A DNA stretch of 52,684 nucleotides from an uncultured Solibacteraceae bacterium (GTDB taxonomy: Bacteria; Acidobacteriota; Vicinamibacteria; Vicinamibacterales; SCN-69-37): positions 1 through 52,684 of the forward strand of contig CAZAZR010000008.1 of assembly GCA_964489685.1 (NCBI GenBank), in the 5' to 3' direction. Within the stretch, counting starts at the first letter, position 1. Every line of letters starts with the position of its first letter. Both the position numbers and the translations under genes were made by a program. The notes under the pieces were generated by a model. That model did not search any database, was not told where the DNA came from, and saw only the letters and a program-made list of their open reading frames with translations. Below, piece by piece: positions 33,576 to 43,053 of this stretch.

Positions 33576-34256
33576 ATGCAAATCAATATGTCATCTCTCC
33601 TTAAACGCACTCTCGGTGCGACCATTGTGGTCACCCTCATGTCCTCAGCGGCCGCTGCGCAGGTGGTCAATTCACAGGCCCCCGTCTCCCAGCCTTCGAC
33701 TCAGTCAGCGGTGAACACGGGGACGCCCGCTCTGACCGTGGCCATCAAAGGCGGGGTGAACGACTCGAACCTCAAGCTCGACGACGATTCCCTCCCGTTG
33801 ACGTGGCTCCTTGGCGGTGTGGGTGGACTCTCTATCGGTGGCAACCTGACGTCCAACGTCGGGATGAAGGTCGAAGCCCTCTACAGCCAGCGCGGCGCGA
33901 AGGATGACATCGAGAATGCGGACGCGAAAGAGCGGATCACCTACATTGATGTCCCGGTGACGTTCCACGTCGGCACGTCCATGAACAATGGTGCGCGTGT
34001 GTTTCTGTTCACAGGCCCCCAGGTCGCCTACAAGATCAAATCCGAAATCATCAATGATCTTGATGACACCACCACTGACACCGACGAGGCGATCAAGGAC
34101 TGGGAGTTCGGCTGGACCATCGGCGTCGGTGTCGCAGTGCAGCGCGTCTCTCTTGACGCGCGGTACACGCACGGCCTGACCAACATCAACAAGACGGACG
34201 GTACCCCGGTCAAGAGCCAGGCTGTTTCCGTCATGGTCGGCATTCGTCTCCGGTAG
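33576..34256 (+). CDS. Outer-membrane beta-barrel (porin/PorT-like) protein
   Basis: Signal peptide, EALYSQRG, YIDVP, DARYTHGLTNI, C-terminal alternating strand. Confidence 0.85.
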   Translation: MQINMSSLLKRTLGATIVVTLMSSAAAAQVVNSQAPVSQPSTQSAVNTGTPALTVAIKGGVNDSNLKLDDDSLPLTWLLGGVGGLSIGGNLTSNVGMKVEALYSQRGAKDDIENADAKERITYIDVPVTFHVGTSMNNGARVFLFTGPQVAYKIKSEIINDLDDTTTDTDEAIKDWEFGWTIGVGVAVQRVSLDARYTHGLTNINKTDGTPVKSQAVSVMVGIRLR

Positions 34257-34281
34257 CACGAGCCAGACCACTCTCGACACG

Positions 34282-34316
34282 GCGATCCTGCAGCACCTCG
34301 GTGTCTGCAGGATCGC
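34282..34316. terminator. Hairpin after barrel gene
   Basis: GCGATCCTGCAG...CTGCAGGATCGC 12-bp stem. Confidence 0.65.
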
Positions 34317-34417
34317 GCGCCTTCAGCTACGGCCGATCTTTCTGACGTCCAGGGGTTCCTGCTGACGCCTCCGCCGTGCGCCTGGCTGGTGTAGCATGGT
34401 GCAACCCTGACCACGCC

Positions 34418-34636
34418 ATGCGTTTCTTTCTTGCCGCCATCCTCTGTGTCGTTACTTCAATCCTCTTCGTGCAGGCCTCGGCGCCGCCGGCCCAGACAAC
34501 CGGGCTGACGCCTGAGATGAAGGCGCGGGTTCTCGATGCGATGCGACTGAACCGGCGCGCTTTTCAGGCGCCGGCGATTCTTGCGCGTTACGAGGAGGAG
34601 CGTTTGCCGAAAGATCATCCCCCGTTTGCGTCGTGA
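34418..34636 (+). CDS. Short secreted hypothetical protein, possibly truncated
   Basis: Clear signal peptide MRFFLAAILCVVTSILFVQASA. Confidence 0.45.
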   Translation: MRFFLAAILCVVTSILFVQASAPPAQTTGLTPEMKARVLDAMRLNRRAFQAPAILARYEEERLPKDHPPFAS

Positions 34637-35102
34637 AGCACTACGGCTCGTCCGCCCATAACCCGCTCGATAAAGCCCTGCAGTTTCATCACGTTTCTGT
34701 TCGCGATGAACTTGCCGGTGATGTGGAGTGCGGTGGCGCCACGCTCCTTTGCCTCCTTGGTGAGCAACCGGAACAGATCCAGGATCGGCCCCGTGCGAAT
34801 CGGCGAATTCTTCGGGGGCTTGACCTTGAGGCACAGGCCGCGAATCGTGCGCTCGAAGACGGTGCCATTGAAGTGTTTGTCGCCGTAGATGCGATACTCG
34901 CCGACTTTCTCGGCGGCCGCATGGTCTGTGGTCGCAATCGTTCGTCGTCCAGCGGTGGTGGTGCTCCGACGGCGACGCGCTGCTGGACGGTATGTGCCAA
35001 GTCGTGCGCCGGCAGTTCGCGTCCCGCCGATGTTCCGGGCGCGAATCGGCTGGCGGCAAAGACGATGTCCTGTCCTGCGGTGTAGGCCGTGGCCTGCACC
35101 AT
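34615..35102 (-). pseudogene. Remnant of DUF4157 (eCIS core) protein with frameshifted C-terminal domain
   Basis: ATAYTAGQDIVFAASRFAPGTSAGRELPAHDLAHTVQQ resembles the DUF4157 end; another frame continues VGEYRIYGDKHFNGTVFERTIRG... Confidence 0.7.
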
Positions 35103-36183
35103 GATCAGGCGTATCATTCATGTGGACATGGACGCGTTTTACGCGTCCGTTGAGCAGCGCGACCGGCCCGATCTCAAGGGCAAGCCCGTGGCCGTGGGGG
35201 GCAGTCCGGATTCGCGCGGCGTGGTAGCGGCGTCCAGCTACGAAGCCCGCACCTTCGGCGTGCGATCGGCCATCCCGATGTCGCGGGCCGTGCGCCTCTG
35301 CCCGCACCTGGTCATCATCCGGCCCAACTTCCAGAAGTACCGCGTCGTCTCGCAACAGGTGTTCGAGATCTTCCGATCGGTCACCCCACTGGTAGAGGGC
35401 CTGTCGCTCGACGAAGCGTACCTCGACGTCACCACCAACAGCTTCGGAGAGCCGCTGGGCATGAACGTCGCCAGGCGCATCAAGAATCTGATCAAGGACA
35501 CGACCGGCCTGACGGCCTCAGCCGGCGTGGCGCCGAACAAGTTCCTGGCGAAGATCGCGTCGGCCTGGCGCAAACCCGATGGCCTCACCGTCATCGCGCC
35601 CGAGCGCGTGGAGACCTTCCTGCAACAGCTTCCCGTGGACGCACTGTGGGGAGTGGGCCCGGTGACCGCAGCCCGCCTGCGCGAGCGCAGCATCCACAAA
35701 CTCACCGACGTCCGCACCGCCGACCCTGTGGTACTGCGCGAAGCCGTGGGCAACCTCGCAGACTGGCTGCTCAGGCTCGCGGCCGGACAGGACGATCGAC
35801 CGGTATCACCGAATCGCCCGGCCAAGTCCTCGTCGAGCGAATGTACCTATGCCGAAGACCTGACCGACCTGCCCCGCATTCGCGATGAGATTTCGGAAAT
35901 GGCTCGTGAAGTGGGCGAGTGGCTTGAGCGGCGCGAACTGACCGCGCGCACGGTCACCATCAAGGTGCGATACGAAGACTTCACCACCATCACGCGAAGC
36001 CACAGTGCTGCGGCCACGCGCGACGCGGAAGACATCGTGCGACGCGCGCTCACCCTCCTCGACAAAACCGAGGCGGGTCGTCGTCCTGTCCGCCTCCTTG
36101 GCGCCGGCGTCCACAACCTCGTCGGTCAGGTCGATTTGGACGATGAGACGGACCGGTGGCCGCTATTCCGAGAAGGCGGATAA
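35101..36183 (+). CDS. dinB: DNA polymerase IV
   Basis: IIHVDMDAFYASVE, SYEAR, LSLDEAYLDV, NKFLAKIAS. Confidence 0.95.
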   Translation: MIRRIIHVDMDAFYASVEQRDRPDLKGKPVAVGGSPDSRGVVAASSYEARTFGVRSAIPMSRAVRLCPHLVIIRPNFQKYRVVSQQVFEIFRSVTPLVEGLSLDEAYLDVTTNSFGEPLGMNVARRIKNLIKDTTGLTASAGVAPNKFLAKIASAWRKPDGLTVIAPERVETFLQQLPVDALWGVGPVTAARLRERSIHKLTDVRTADPVVLREAVGNLADWLLRLAAGQDDRPVSPNRPAKSSSSECTYAEDLTDLPRIRDEISEMAREVGEWLERRELTARTVTIKVRYEDFTTITRSHSAAATRDAEDIVRRALTLLDKTEAGRRPVRLLGAGVHNLVGQVDLDDETDRWPLFREGG

Positions 36184-36200
36184 GCTATCGGCCGTAACGT

Positions 36201-37091
36201 ATGGAGTGGCTCTCGCACGCAAGCATGTTCGTCTGGTACGCGTCGATCCTGATCGTGATCGGCGCCATCGGTGCTGTTCGAGTGTGTTCGTCCACATCGG
36301 CAGGCGATGTGGTGTCGGTGCGATGGGCGCAGGGATCGCTGAGGATCGCCCGAATCGTCATGCCGTTGATGGTATTGGCTGTTGCGGCTCGGCTCGCTGT
36401 GCAGACGTGGCAGTCATTCGGCACTGATCAACCCCTCCTGGCGTTTGCCGTTGTCATCATCAACGAAACCCCATGGGGAACCGGGTGGTTCTGGCAGATG
36501 TGCGCCAGCGTGGCGGCGTGGATCCTCATCGTTGCCCTGTCGACTGCGCGGTGGCCGGTGCTCCTGGGTGCCGCGGTCGCGACAGGGTTGACAGTCGGGC
36601 TCACCGGACACGCCGCGGGTGCGACCGAGTACCGCACGTTGCTCGTCGCGTCGCACGGCGTGCATGTGGCAGCGGCCGGATTGTGGCTCGGCACATTGGG
36701 TGTGGTCATGGCGGTCACCAGGCGCGTGACGGATGGTGCCGGCGACGAGCGCGCGGCATTCACGCGTGCGATCGATCGTTTCTCGCCCCAGGCGATTCCT
36801 TCCGTTGTTCTGCTCGTGGTTTCTGGCGTGGTCGCGGGCTGGCAACACGTCAACAGCCTCGATGGGCTTTTCACGCCGTACGGCTTCGTCCTGATGGCCA
36901 AGGTGGTGACCTTTGGATGCGCCGCGCTCTGTGGTTTCTACAACTGGCGCGTGGTGCGGCCTACGCTCGGTACGCATCAGGAGTCGATTCGTCACCTGCG
37001 TGGAATGGCGGCACTTGAGCTGGTGTTTGGGCTCCTGGCGCTTGTGCTGACCAGCGTCCTCACCAGCATGCCGATGCCCGACCACGAGTAA
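36201..37091 (+). CDS. CopD-family copper resistance membrane protein
   Basis: TPWG, LTGHAA, HVAAAGLWLGTL, TPYG...K, multiple TMs. Confidence 0.8.
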   Translation: MEWLSHASMFVWYASILIVIGAIGAVRVCSSTSAGDVVSVRWAQGSLRIARIVMPLMVLAVAARLAVQTWQSFGTDQPLLAFAVVIINETPWGTGWFWQMCASVAAWILIVALSTARWPVLLGAAVATGLTVGLTGHAAGATEYRTLLVASHGVHVAAAGLWLGTLGVVMAVTRRVTDGAGDERAAFTRAIDRFSPQAIPSVVLLVVSGVVAGWQHVNSLDGLFTPYGFVLMAKVVTFGCAALCGFYNWRVVRPTLGTHQESIRHLRGMAALELVFGLLALVLTSVLTSMPMPDHE

Positions 37092-37139
37092 AGCAGCCGC
37101 GGCCTTGACCTTCGACGGGCTCTGGTCACCCAGACCACG

Positions 37140-38444
37140 CTACGAGGGCGTGTCGGCCGCAAGCCCGTGGTGCAGGCGAATCCGTTTCGCTTCCGACGCG
37201 CTGACGCCGGCCTCGCGGGCGAAATCGGGCCAGGCCGCCACGGCGTCGCGCACCTGCTGAAGCACACGGGGCGCGGTGCCAACGCCGGCACGCTCGGCAG
37301 CCACCAGCAGGTCGTCCTGCGAAATGCCGGCGAACTGGCCATTGACCGACATCAGGTGTTGATACGTCCACTCGCCATTCGGGTTAAACGCGTGCGTCAC
37401 GTCGTAGACCGGTGCCAGTTCCCATGCGCCGCCCTCGCGCAGGAGGAATGACGTGTTTTTCGGATGGTCGTCACAGTTGGCGGCCATCACATTAAACACC
37501 GTGCGCCTGAACGCTTCCTCCATCGCGTCGTAACCCAGCCGCAGGCGCTCGATCACCTGGAAGAACTGGCTGACATCGTGGGTGGCTCGCTGCCTGAAGT
37601 CCATATGCGCAAGACCGCAGAGTGTCTGCAGGTGGTGTTTGTGGTTGCCGGTGCGGTCAAACCGCCTCGTCATGAAATGCGCGCGGCCGTTTTCCTCAAG
37701 CAACCGGCAATCGGCCATCGTGAGGCCGGCCGCGCGCGCCATCAGATGATAGGCGTATTCAATGCGCCCGTAGTCGCGGCTCGCGCCGAGGCGCTCGTCG
37801 GGGCCGACGCCGTCGAACTTGATGAGCCAATGCTCGAAACCGTCCGCCACGCTGAACTGCCCCGCGCGAATTTCCTGCGTGGATGGATTCCACGCGACAA
37901 CGGCTTTCGCCCGCGCACCTCCGGCGGACGAACCCACCTGGATGATCTGCGCTATTGCAGCCTCCGCATGCGCGTCCGAGTCGATCTCGCCAGACACGGC
38001 CCGCCGGGCGCTTTCCACCAGGTCGGACATTTCGATCGCAGTGGTCGAGTCCGACGCGTTCGGTCCGCGCACCGGCTTGAACTGCAGCGCGCCGAGGCCG
38101 CGCTTGCCCATGTACGCCAGCCTGTCGAGCGACGTGATCTGCTGCGGCTGGACGCCCTCGCGCGCCATCCAGGCATCAATCAAGGCATTGCCAAAATCGT
38201 CGGGCAGCGCGTCGGCCAATAATCCCGGCAGGCGGCGGTACGTGGCCTCTGGCAGACTGGGATACACGAAGGGCCCGCCGGCGGCCGACGCCAACGGCAT
38301 GGTGAGTGGCGCAAGCTCGATGCCCGACCGCTGAAACGACGGCTGGTACTCAAACGCATAAAACCCCAGCGACGGATCCAGCGCGACCGCCCCGGCCGAC
38401 TTGCCCCAGATGCGGACCTCAACAATGGACACCGGGACGTACAC
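37140..38444 (-). CDS. hipA: HipA-family kinase toxin
   Basis: LPDDFG N-domain, SAGGARAK, WLIKFD, RFDR, NCDDHPKN, LAPVYD; GTG start at 38444. Confidence 0.9.
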   Translation of the reverse strand: MYVPVSIVEVRIWGKSAGAVALDPSLGFYAFEYQPSFQRSGIELAPLTMPLASAAGGPFVYPSLPEATYRRLPGLLADALPDDFGNALIDAWMAREGVQPQQITSLDRLAYMGKRGLGALQFKPVRGPNASDSTTAIEMSDLVESARRAVSGEIDSDAHAEAAIAQIIQVGSSAGGARAKAVVAWNPSTQEIRAGQFSVADGFEHWLIKFDGVGPDERLGASRDYGRIEYAYHLMARAAGLTMADCRLLEENGRAHFMTRRFDRTGNHKHHLQTLCGLAHMDFRQRATHDVSQFFQVIERLRLGYDAMEEAFRRTVFNVMAANCDDHPKNTSFLLREGGAWELAPVYDVTHAFNPNGEWTYQHLMSVNGQFAGISQDDLLVAAERAGVGTAPRVLQQVRDAVAAWPDFAREAGVSASEAKRIRLHHGLAADTPS

Positions 38445-38445
38445 G

Positions 38446-38763
38446 TCACGCTCCCTGGTCGGATGAACCGGCCGCGGGACCTCGGCGCGACGCACGCTGC
38501 CTTGGCGCTCTGGTCCGAAGCATTTGGATGGGACTGATCGAGACGGCCGGCGCCAGAGTGCTGATCCACTCGATGCGGCCCAGCACCCGCAGGGTCTGCG
38601 TCAGCGAGCGCAGCGTCGCCCCTTTGCCGCTCTCAAGGTTCTTGACGGCGTTGAGCGCGATTCCGGCACGCTCGGCGACCTGCTGCTGATTCAGATCGCG
38701 CCGCAGCCGGAGGGCTCTTACCTGTCGACCAAGTTCGACCTCGGCAACTCTGGCGTGATCCAT
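38446..38763 (-). CDS. XRE-family HTH antitoxin (HipB-like)
   Basis: LNQQQVAERAGIALNAVKNLESG; immediately upstream of hipA. Confidence 0.85.
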   Translation of the reverse strand: MDHARVAEVELGRQVRALRLRRDLNQQQVAERAGIALNAVKNLESGKGATLRSLTQTLRVLGRIEWISTLAPAVSISPIQMLRTRAPRQRASRRGPAAGSSDQGA

Positions 38764-38770
38764 GCCATGT

Positions 38771-38820
38771 ATTATAGACTTAAATACGGCTATTACAAGC
38801 CTAAAATAAGTTAATAGCCG
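38771..38820 (-). promoter_or_regulatory. hipBA promoter and operator
   Basis: Minus strand TTGTAA-N16-TATAAT, 7 nt before the ATG; inverted repeat CGGCTATTA (38787-38795) / TAATAGCCG (38812-38820). Confidence 0.65.
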
Positions 38821-38847
38821 CCAATAAGACTATTAAGAAGGATCTAG

Positions 38848-40560
38848 CTACTGAACTCGACGCACCTTGAAAATTGGATAGACCACAGGCCGCTGGTCTG
38901 CCCCCAGGCCGCGAAGTACCTGGTCCATGACGCCCCAGCCGACAAAGCCATCGCGCGCTTGTGGTTCCAGGTAATAGAACGCCGCATTCGCCATCGGTTG
39001 CGCCATGTCCACCTGGAATGACCCGACCGGAAATTCCTTCGTGATGACCTGAGAGAACGATCCGTCGAGGGTCGTCATGTCGTAACCCGCTCGACGCACC
39101 GCGTACATCCGATCAATCGTGAACTGCTCTCCCTCAACGCGCATCGGCTTCTCGAGCGTGGTCACGCGAATGTTGTGCGCGCGCAGTTTCGCCGCAACCT
39201 CAGCAAGACTCGCCGGAAGAATGTACGCGCGCGGCACGGTGGCCGTACGTGTGCCCACCGGCTTCGTCAGGTCATCCACATTCGGCACCACCTCTGGCGG
39301 TCCCGACGCGGTACCCGGTTTGGTGCTCATCAGGCTCGTGCCCGGCTTGTATTGCGCTTCGTTTGTCCGGTACGACAACAAGTCGATCGTGCCGGCTGAT
39401 TGGTACTCGCCGTCCAGAAAGTTCTTGAGTGTCCCGCTTTCCGCCCCTGCCAGCACCGCCGCCACCGTCTCATCGTCGGCCTTTTTCACCACCGCCTGCA
39501 TCTCTTTCGCATGCGCGCTGGTGTACTCAAGCAAGGCGATGAGGTACGCGTACTGGGCGTAGATGCGGCGCTCGAATGTGGGCTGCCCCGGCGTTTCAGT
39601 GATGATGGCGAACCGATTGCGCAGTCCGTAGTCGTTGACGACGAACTTGGCCTCGACCGTCCAGGCCGCGCGGTCGTGACTCCATGCGGTGGGCGGCCAG
39701 GTGTTGGGTGTGGCCAGCGCGTGGGTAAACACCTCGAGGCCGAAGTCTCGCCGCACTTGACTGCGCACGGCGGGAAATAATGTCTGCGTCATGTAGTCGC
39801 GCGGGCCGGGCGCCGCCGCTGGCACCGTGGTTGTGCCATAGGTGTTGGCGTACCCGTGATTGACGCGACTCATCAGGTGTCCATCAAGAAACAACAGCGG
39901 GTCCCACTCGTTCAACGTCCGGTAGAGCCCATTCCCCTCGACCGTGGTCAGTTTCACTGCATCGCGATTGAGGTCGAGCCCTTCCGAGTTCTCTCGCACG
40001 CCCATGATGTGTGGCGTTTCGCTGCCCAGGCCACCATCCTGCGTCACCATCGTGTCGGTGCCATCGACGTTATAGATCGGCGCCACCATGACGATCACGT
40101 TGTCGAGAATCGCCCTGTGTTTGCCGGCGGCCAGGTCGCGCGCCACCATGAGCATAGCCTCGGCGGCTTCTGACTCGGGCGGATGAATGTTGCCCAGCAG
40201 GAAGACGACGGGCTTGCCTGACGCGCGTGCCTGCTGAGGAGATGTCACCCTGGGGTTCGCCAGAATCATCGCCGGTGCGACCTTGCGCAGCGGGCTCGTG
40301 AACATGCGCACGACGTGCACGTGTTCGCTCTTGAGTTTGAGCGCGGCAATCCACTCATGCATCTGCTCGGTGGACATCGTCCTCGTGTAGTTCGTGCGTT
40401 CGGGGACGGTCAGCAGGTCGGCCGGCCACTTGCCTGTCCAACCCGGAGGCACCTCGTCACCCCACAGGATCTTTGGCTGCTGGGCCACGAGCAAGCCCGT
40501 CATGGCGGTCAGCGTCAGCACGAAGACGAAGGCTGTGGATGCGCGTCTCATGGGGAGCAT
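38848..40560 (-). CDS. M14-family zinc carboxypeptidase
   Basis: Signal peptide, NIHPPE, PIYNVDG, DLNRD, LDGH. Confidence 0.85.
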   Translation of the reverse strand: MLPMRRASTAFVFVLTLTAMTGLLVAQQPKILWGDEVPPGWTGKWPADLLTVPERTNYTRTMSTEQMHEWIAALKLKSEHVHVVRMFTSPLRKVAPAMILANPRVTSPQQARASGKPVVFLLGNIHPPESEAAEAMLMVARDLAAGKHRAILDNVIVMVAPIYNVDGTDTMVTQDGGLGSETPHIMGVRENSEGLDLNRDAVKLTTVEGNGLYRTLNEWDPLLFLDGHLMSRVNHGYANTYGTTTVPAAAPGPRDYMTQTLFPAVRSQVRRDFGLEVFTHALATPNTWPPTAWSHDRAAWTVEAKFVVNDYGLRNRFAIITETPGQPTFERRIYAQYAYLIALLEYTSAHAKEMQAVVKKADDETVAAVLAGAESGTLKNFLDGEYQSAGTIDLLSYRTNEAQYKPGTSLMSTKPGTASGPPEVVPNVDDLTKPVGTRTATVPRAYILPASLAEVAAKLRAHNIRVTTLEKPMRVEGEQFTIDRMYAVRRAGYDMTTLDGSFSQVITKEFPVGSFQVDMAQPMANAAFYYLEPQARDGFVGWGVMDQVLRGLGADQRPVVYPIFKVRRVQ

Positions 40561-40601
40561 TGAGGCGCGCGCAGACGACGTCTGCGCGCGCTGGGCCCTG
40601 A

Positions 40602-41129
40602 CTATTTCGACAGCTTGAAATGCACACCCACGCTGACAACCGCGTTGTTCGCTGAGTCCTGCAGCACGGTGTAGACAAACTGGGCGAAGGTCTGCACGCG
40701 GCCTGACGCCTTGAGCGTGGCGCCGACGATGTAGTTGAATCCGAGGGCTGATTCATTGTCGAACCCGCTGCCGTCGTAGCTGATGCGTTCAAACGCGAGC
40801 CCGGTTCCCACATAGGGCTCAATGCGTGACGTGCCCGCCACTTCCAGTCGCTTGATCACGTTCATATCGATCTGAAACCGGGTCGTGAAATCCCGCACAA
40901 AATACGAAATGCGCGGATTGAGCTCCAGGTTGTTCTTGCTGAGCTCGCCACGCGCGTCCGCGCCGATCACCAGGAACTCGTCCCAGCTGCTCTCGTGCTC
41001 GCCGCCGAGGAACGGGCCCACGCGCCACTGCGCCCACGCGGGGGCAGCAGAGACGACCATCGCGGCCAAGGTGACACCACCAATGACCAGGGTACGCAAC
41101 ATCAATTTCCGTAGACCTTCGGAACGCAT
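40602..41129 (-). CDS. Small outer-membrane beta-barrel protein
   Basis: Signal peptide ending AWA-Q, PYVGTGL, C-terminal VGVHFKL. Confidence 0.75.
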   Translation of the reverse strand: MRSEGLRKLMLRTLVIGGVTLAAMVVSAAPAWAQWRVGPFLGGEHESSWDEFLVIGADARGELSKNNLELNPRISYFVRDFTTRFQIDMNVIKRLEVAGTSRIEPYVGTGLAFERISYDGSGFDNESALGFNYIVGATLKASGRVQTFAQFVYTVLQDSANNAVVSVGVHFKLSK

Positions 41130-41713
41130 TTTTCCCTCCTTCGGGAATCCAGATTCAAGACTCGAAACACATGGCAGACGTCATCCAGGGGCCGTTCAAG
41201 CGTCCAGGTGATGACCAGTTCTTCGATGCCTGAAAGCACCAATACAGCAACACTGACTTGCAGTGGCAAAAGTGTATCAAACCTGAGCCAGACTACCAGA
41301 GTCAGGGGGAGCAGCACGAGCGACACGCGCGCGAGCACGGTGTGATACGACGTCAGCCGACCGAACTTGCACCACCCCACGATCATCGGGGCGGCGTAGG
41401 CGCACGCGGCCGTGACCGCCAATGGCCACTCGGCGGCCAGCCGCGCCGGGAAGAGCACCATGACTCCCACCGCCGCGGCGGTGTTGAGCGCCAGGTCGGC
41501 GCGCGAGTCGAGGCGCGCACCGTGCGCCGACGCGGTCTTGAGCAGCCGCGACATCGGGCCGTCAACGGCGTCGGTGACAAACCCGAAGGCCACGATTCGG
41601 GCAAACCACCCGGTCTCACCGGCGAATGCGGCGAGCAGCGCAAGAAGGGCGGCCCCCATGCGGCTGTAGGTGAAGCCATCGACAAGCCGCTTTCGCAGGA
41701 GTAGACCCGTCAT
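41102..41713 (-). CDS. CDP-alcohol phosphatidyltransferase family protein
   Basis: TDAVDGPMSR...GARLDSRAD motif; TM helices. Confidence 0.88.
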   Translation of the reverse strand: MTGLLLRKRLVDGFTYSRMGAALLALLAAFAGETGWFARIVAFGFVTDAVDGPMSRLLKTASAHGARLDSRADLALNTAAAVGVMVLFPARLAAEWPLAVTAACAYAAPMIVGWCKFGRLTSYHTVLARVSLVLLPLTLVVWLRFDTLLPLQVSVAVLVLSGIEELVITWTLERPLDDVCHVFRVLNLDSRRREKCVPKVYGN

Positions 41714-43053
41714 GATGCGGTACGCAGCGCGCTCCGGAATCGTTCGCGATTGACCATCTGCTCACACGTCCAGAGATCGCCGAGCCCTTTGAGTTCGGTG
41801 AGCAGCTCCGGGTACCAGTCGAGCCATCGCCGTGCGTAGCAGTCGTGCAGGCTCACGGCGACGACATCGCGCCGCTGAATCTCGGCGCGCAGCCGCGCCA
41901 TCCATTGCGTACGTGTCAACGCGCCGCTGTGCAGCGGCCAGTCGTCAAGGTGCACCGGAATCTTCACGATGCCGTTTTCGACTCGGGGCACAGAGAATTG
42001 GAACGTCCACGCTGATGACAGCAGCCACTCGAAGTTCCAATAGGCCAGGATGTAGTCCGAGAGATCAGCGGTGATCTTCGACTGCGGCGGCCGGTAGCCT
42101 TTGACCTGAAGGTCCACCTCGCGGGTGCGCGCGAGCTGTGACGGGTCGCCGATCTGGTGATCGTACGAGTGGAAGGCCAGGGCATGGCTGTCACTGGCCG
42201 CGATGATCGGCGCCACGTCACGGAAGAGCCGGCCCAGCACCTGGTAGGTGGTCCGCACCCCGTGCGCGCGCTCGATGGCCAGCATGCGGTCGAGGGCATC
42301 GCGGCACTCGGTCTCAGACACGTTCGTATCGATGTTCGATTCGATGTCGTGACAGATGCAGATGATCTTCCGGTCGGAGCCTGCCGTCTCAGGCGCGGGG
42401 CTCGACCTGAGGCGTGCAATCCGGTCGTGGTTGTCTCGAAGCGCCACCGTCCAGTATTCGGCGCGACCGACGACGTCCCTGCGACAGACATACTGATCGC
42501 CGACGGAATCATAGATTCGGGAGAACAACCCCGGGTCGATGCGCTTCTTCGTGGCGCCGACGATATGGTCGGCGGTCGGAGAGTGGATCGTGTCGAGGCC
42601 GCGATCCCAGGCGAAATCCAGGATGGCGTTGAACAGCATCCGGTACCAGTAGCGAAAGCGCGTGTCGAGCTTCGCGCTGGCGGCTCGCTTCAAACCAGGG
42701 CTCCGGTAGATCTGCTGGCAGATATCCGACTGCAAATAGGTGACGACCGCGGAACGACCCTCGATAACGAGACCCGTCGCGGCAATGAGCCCCTTCCTGC
42801 CAAACTGCTGGCCATGCCAGTTGACCGCCGGATCGGTGAAAAGCGCGTCGGGGAACCCGCTCAGCCAGTCCGAGTACACGTTGAGCTGGACGAGTTCGCC
42901 GGCGGCGATCTGCCGACGCGACACGCCGCGGTGCTCGAGGCACAGGTGCGTGTCAGCATAGGGCTTGGGGAGGCCGAGGACCTCGTGCGGAAAAAACTCG
43001 CGTGCCCGGAACCCGCGCGCGGTGAAGTGGCCGCGGTCATCCGCAATCTTCAC
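41710..43053 (-). CDS. Unknown N-terminal domain fused to polysaccharide-deacetylase-like domain
   Basis: C-terminal CHDIE, TTYQVLG, FHSYDH, GYRPP, SLHD (NodB-like). Confidence 0.75.
   Translation of the reverse strand: MKIADDRGHFTARGFRAREFFPHEVLGLPKPYADTHLCLEHRGVSRRQIAAGELVQLNVYSDWLSGFPDALFTDPAVNWHGQQFGRKGLIAATGLVIEGRSAVVTYLQSDICQQIYRSPGLKRAASAKLDTRFRYWYRMLFNAILDFAWDRGLDTIHSPTADHIVGATKKRIDPGLFSRIYDSVGDQYVCRRDVVGRAEYWTVALRDNHDRIARLRSSPAPETAGSDRKIICICHDIESNIDTNVSETECRDALDRMLAIERAHGVRTTYQVLGRLFRDVAPIIAASDSHALAFHSYDHQIGDPSQLARTREVDLQVKGYRPPQSKITADLSDYILAYWNFEWLLSSAWTFQFSVPRVENGIVKIPVHLDDWPLHSGALTRTQWMARLRAEIQRRDVVAVSLHDCYARRWLDWYPELLTELKGLGDLWTCEQMVNRERFRSALRTAS

Noticed and set aside
34390-34426. 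TGCAAC-N15-CGTTTC resembling the ECF motif
   Set aside because: Mismatched, and it overlaps the putative start codon at 34418.
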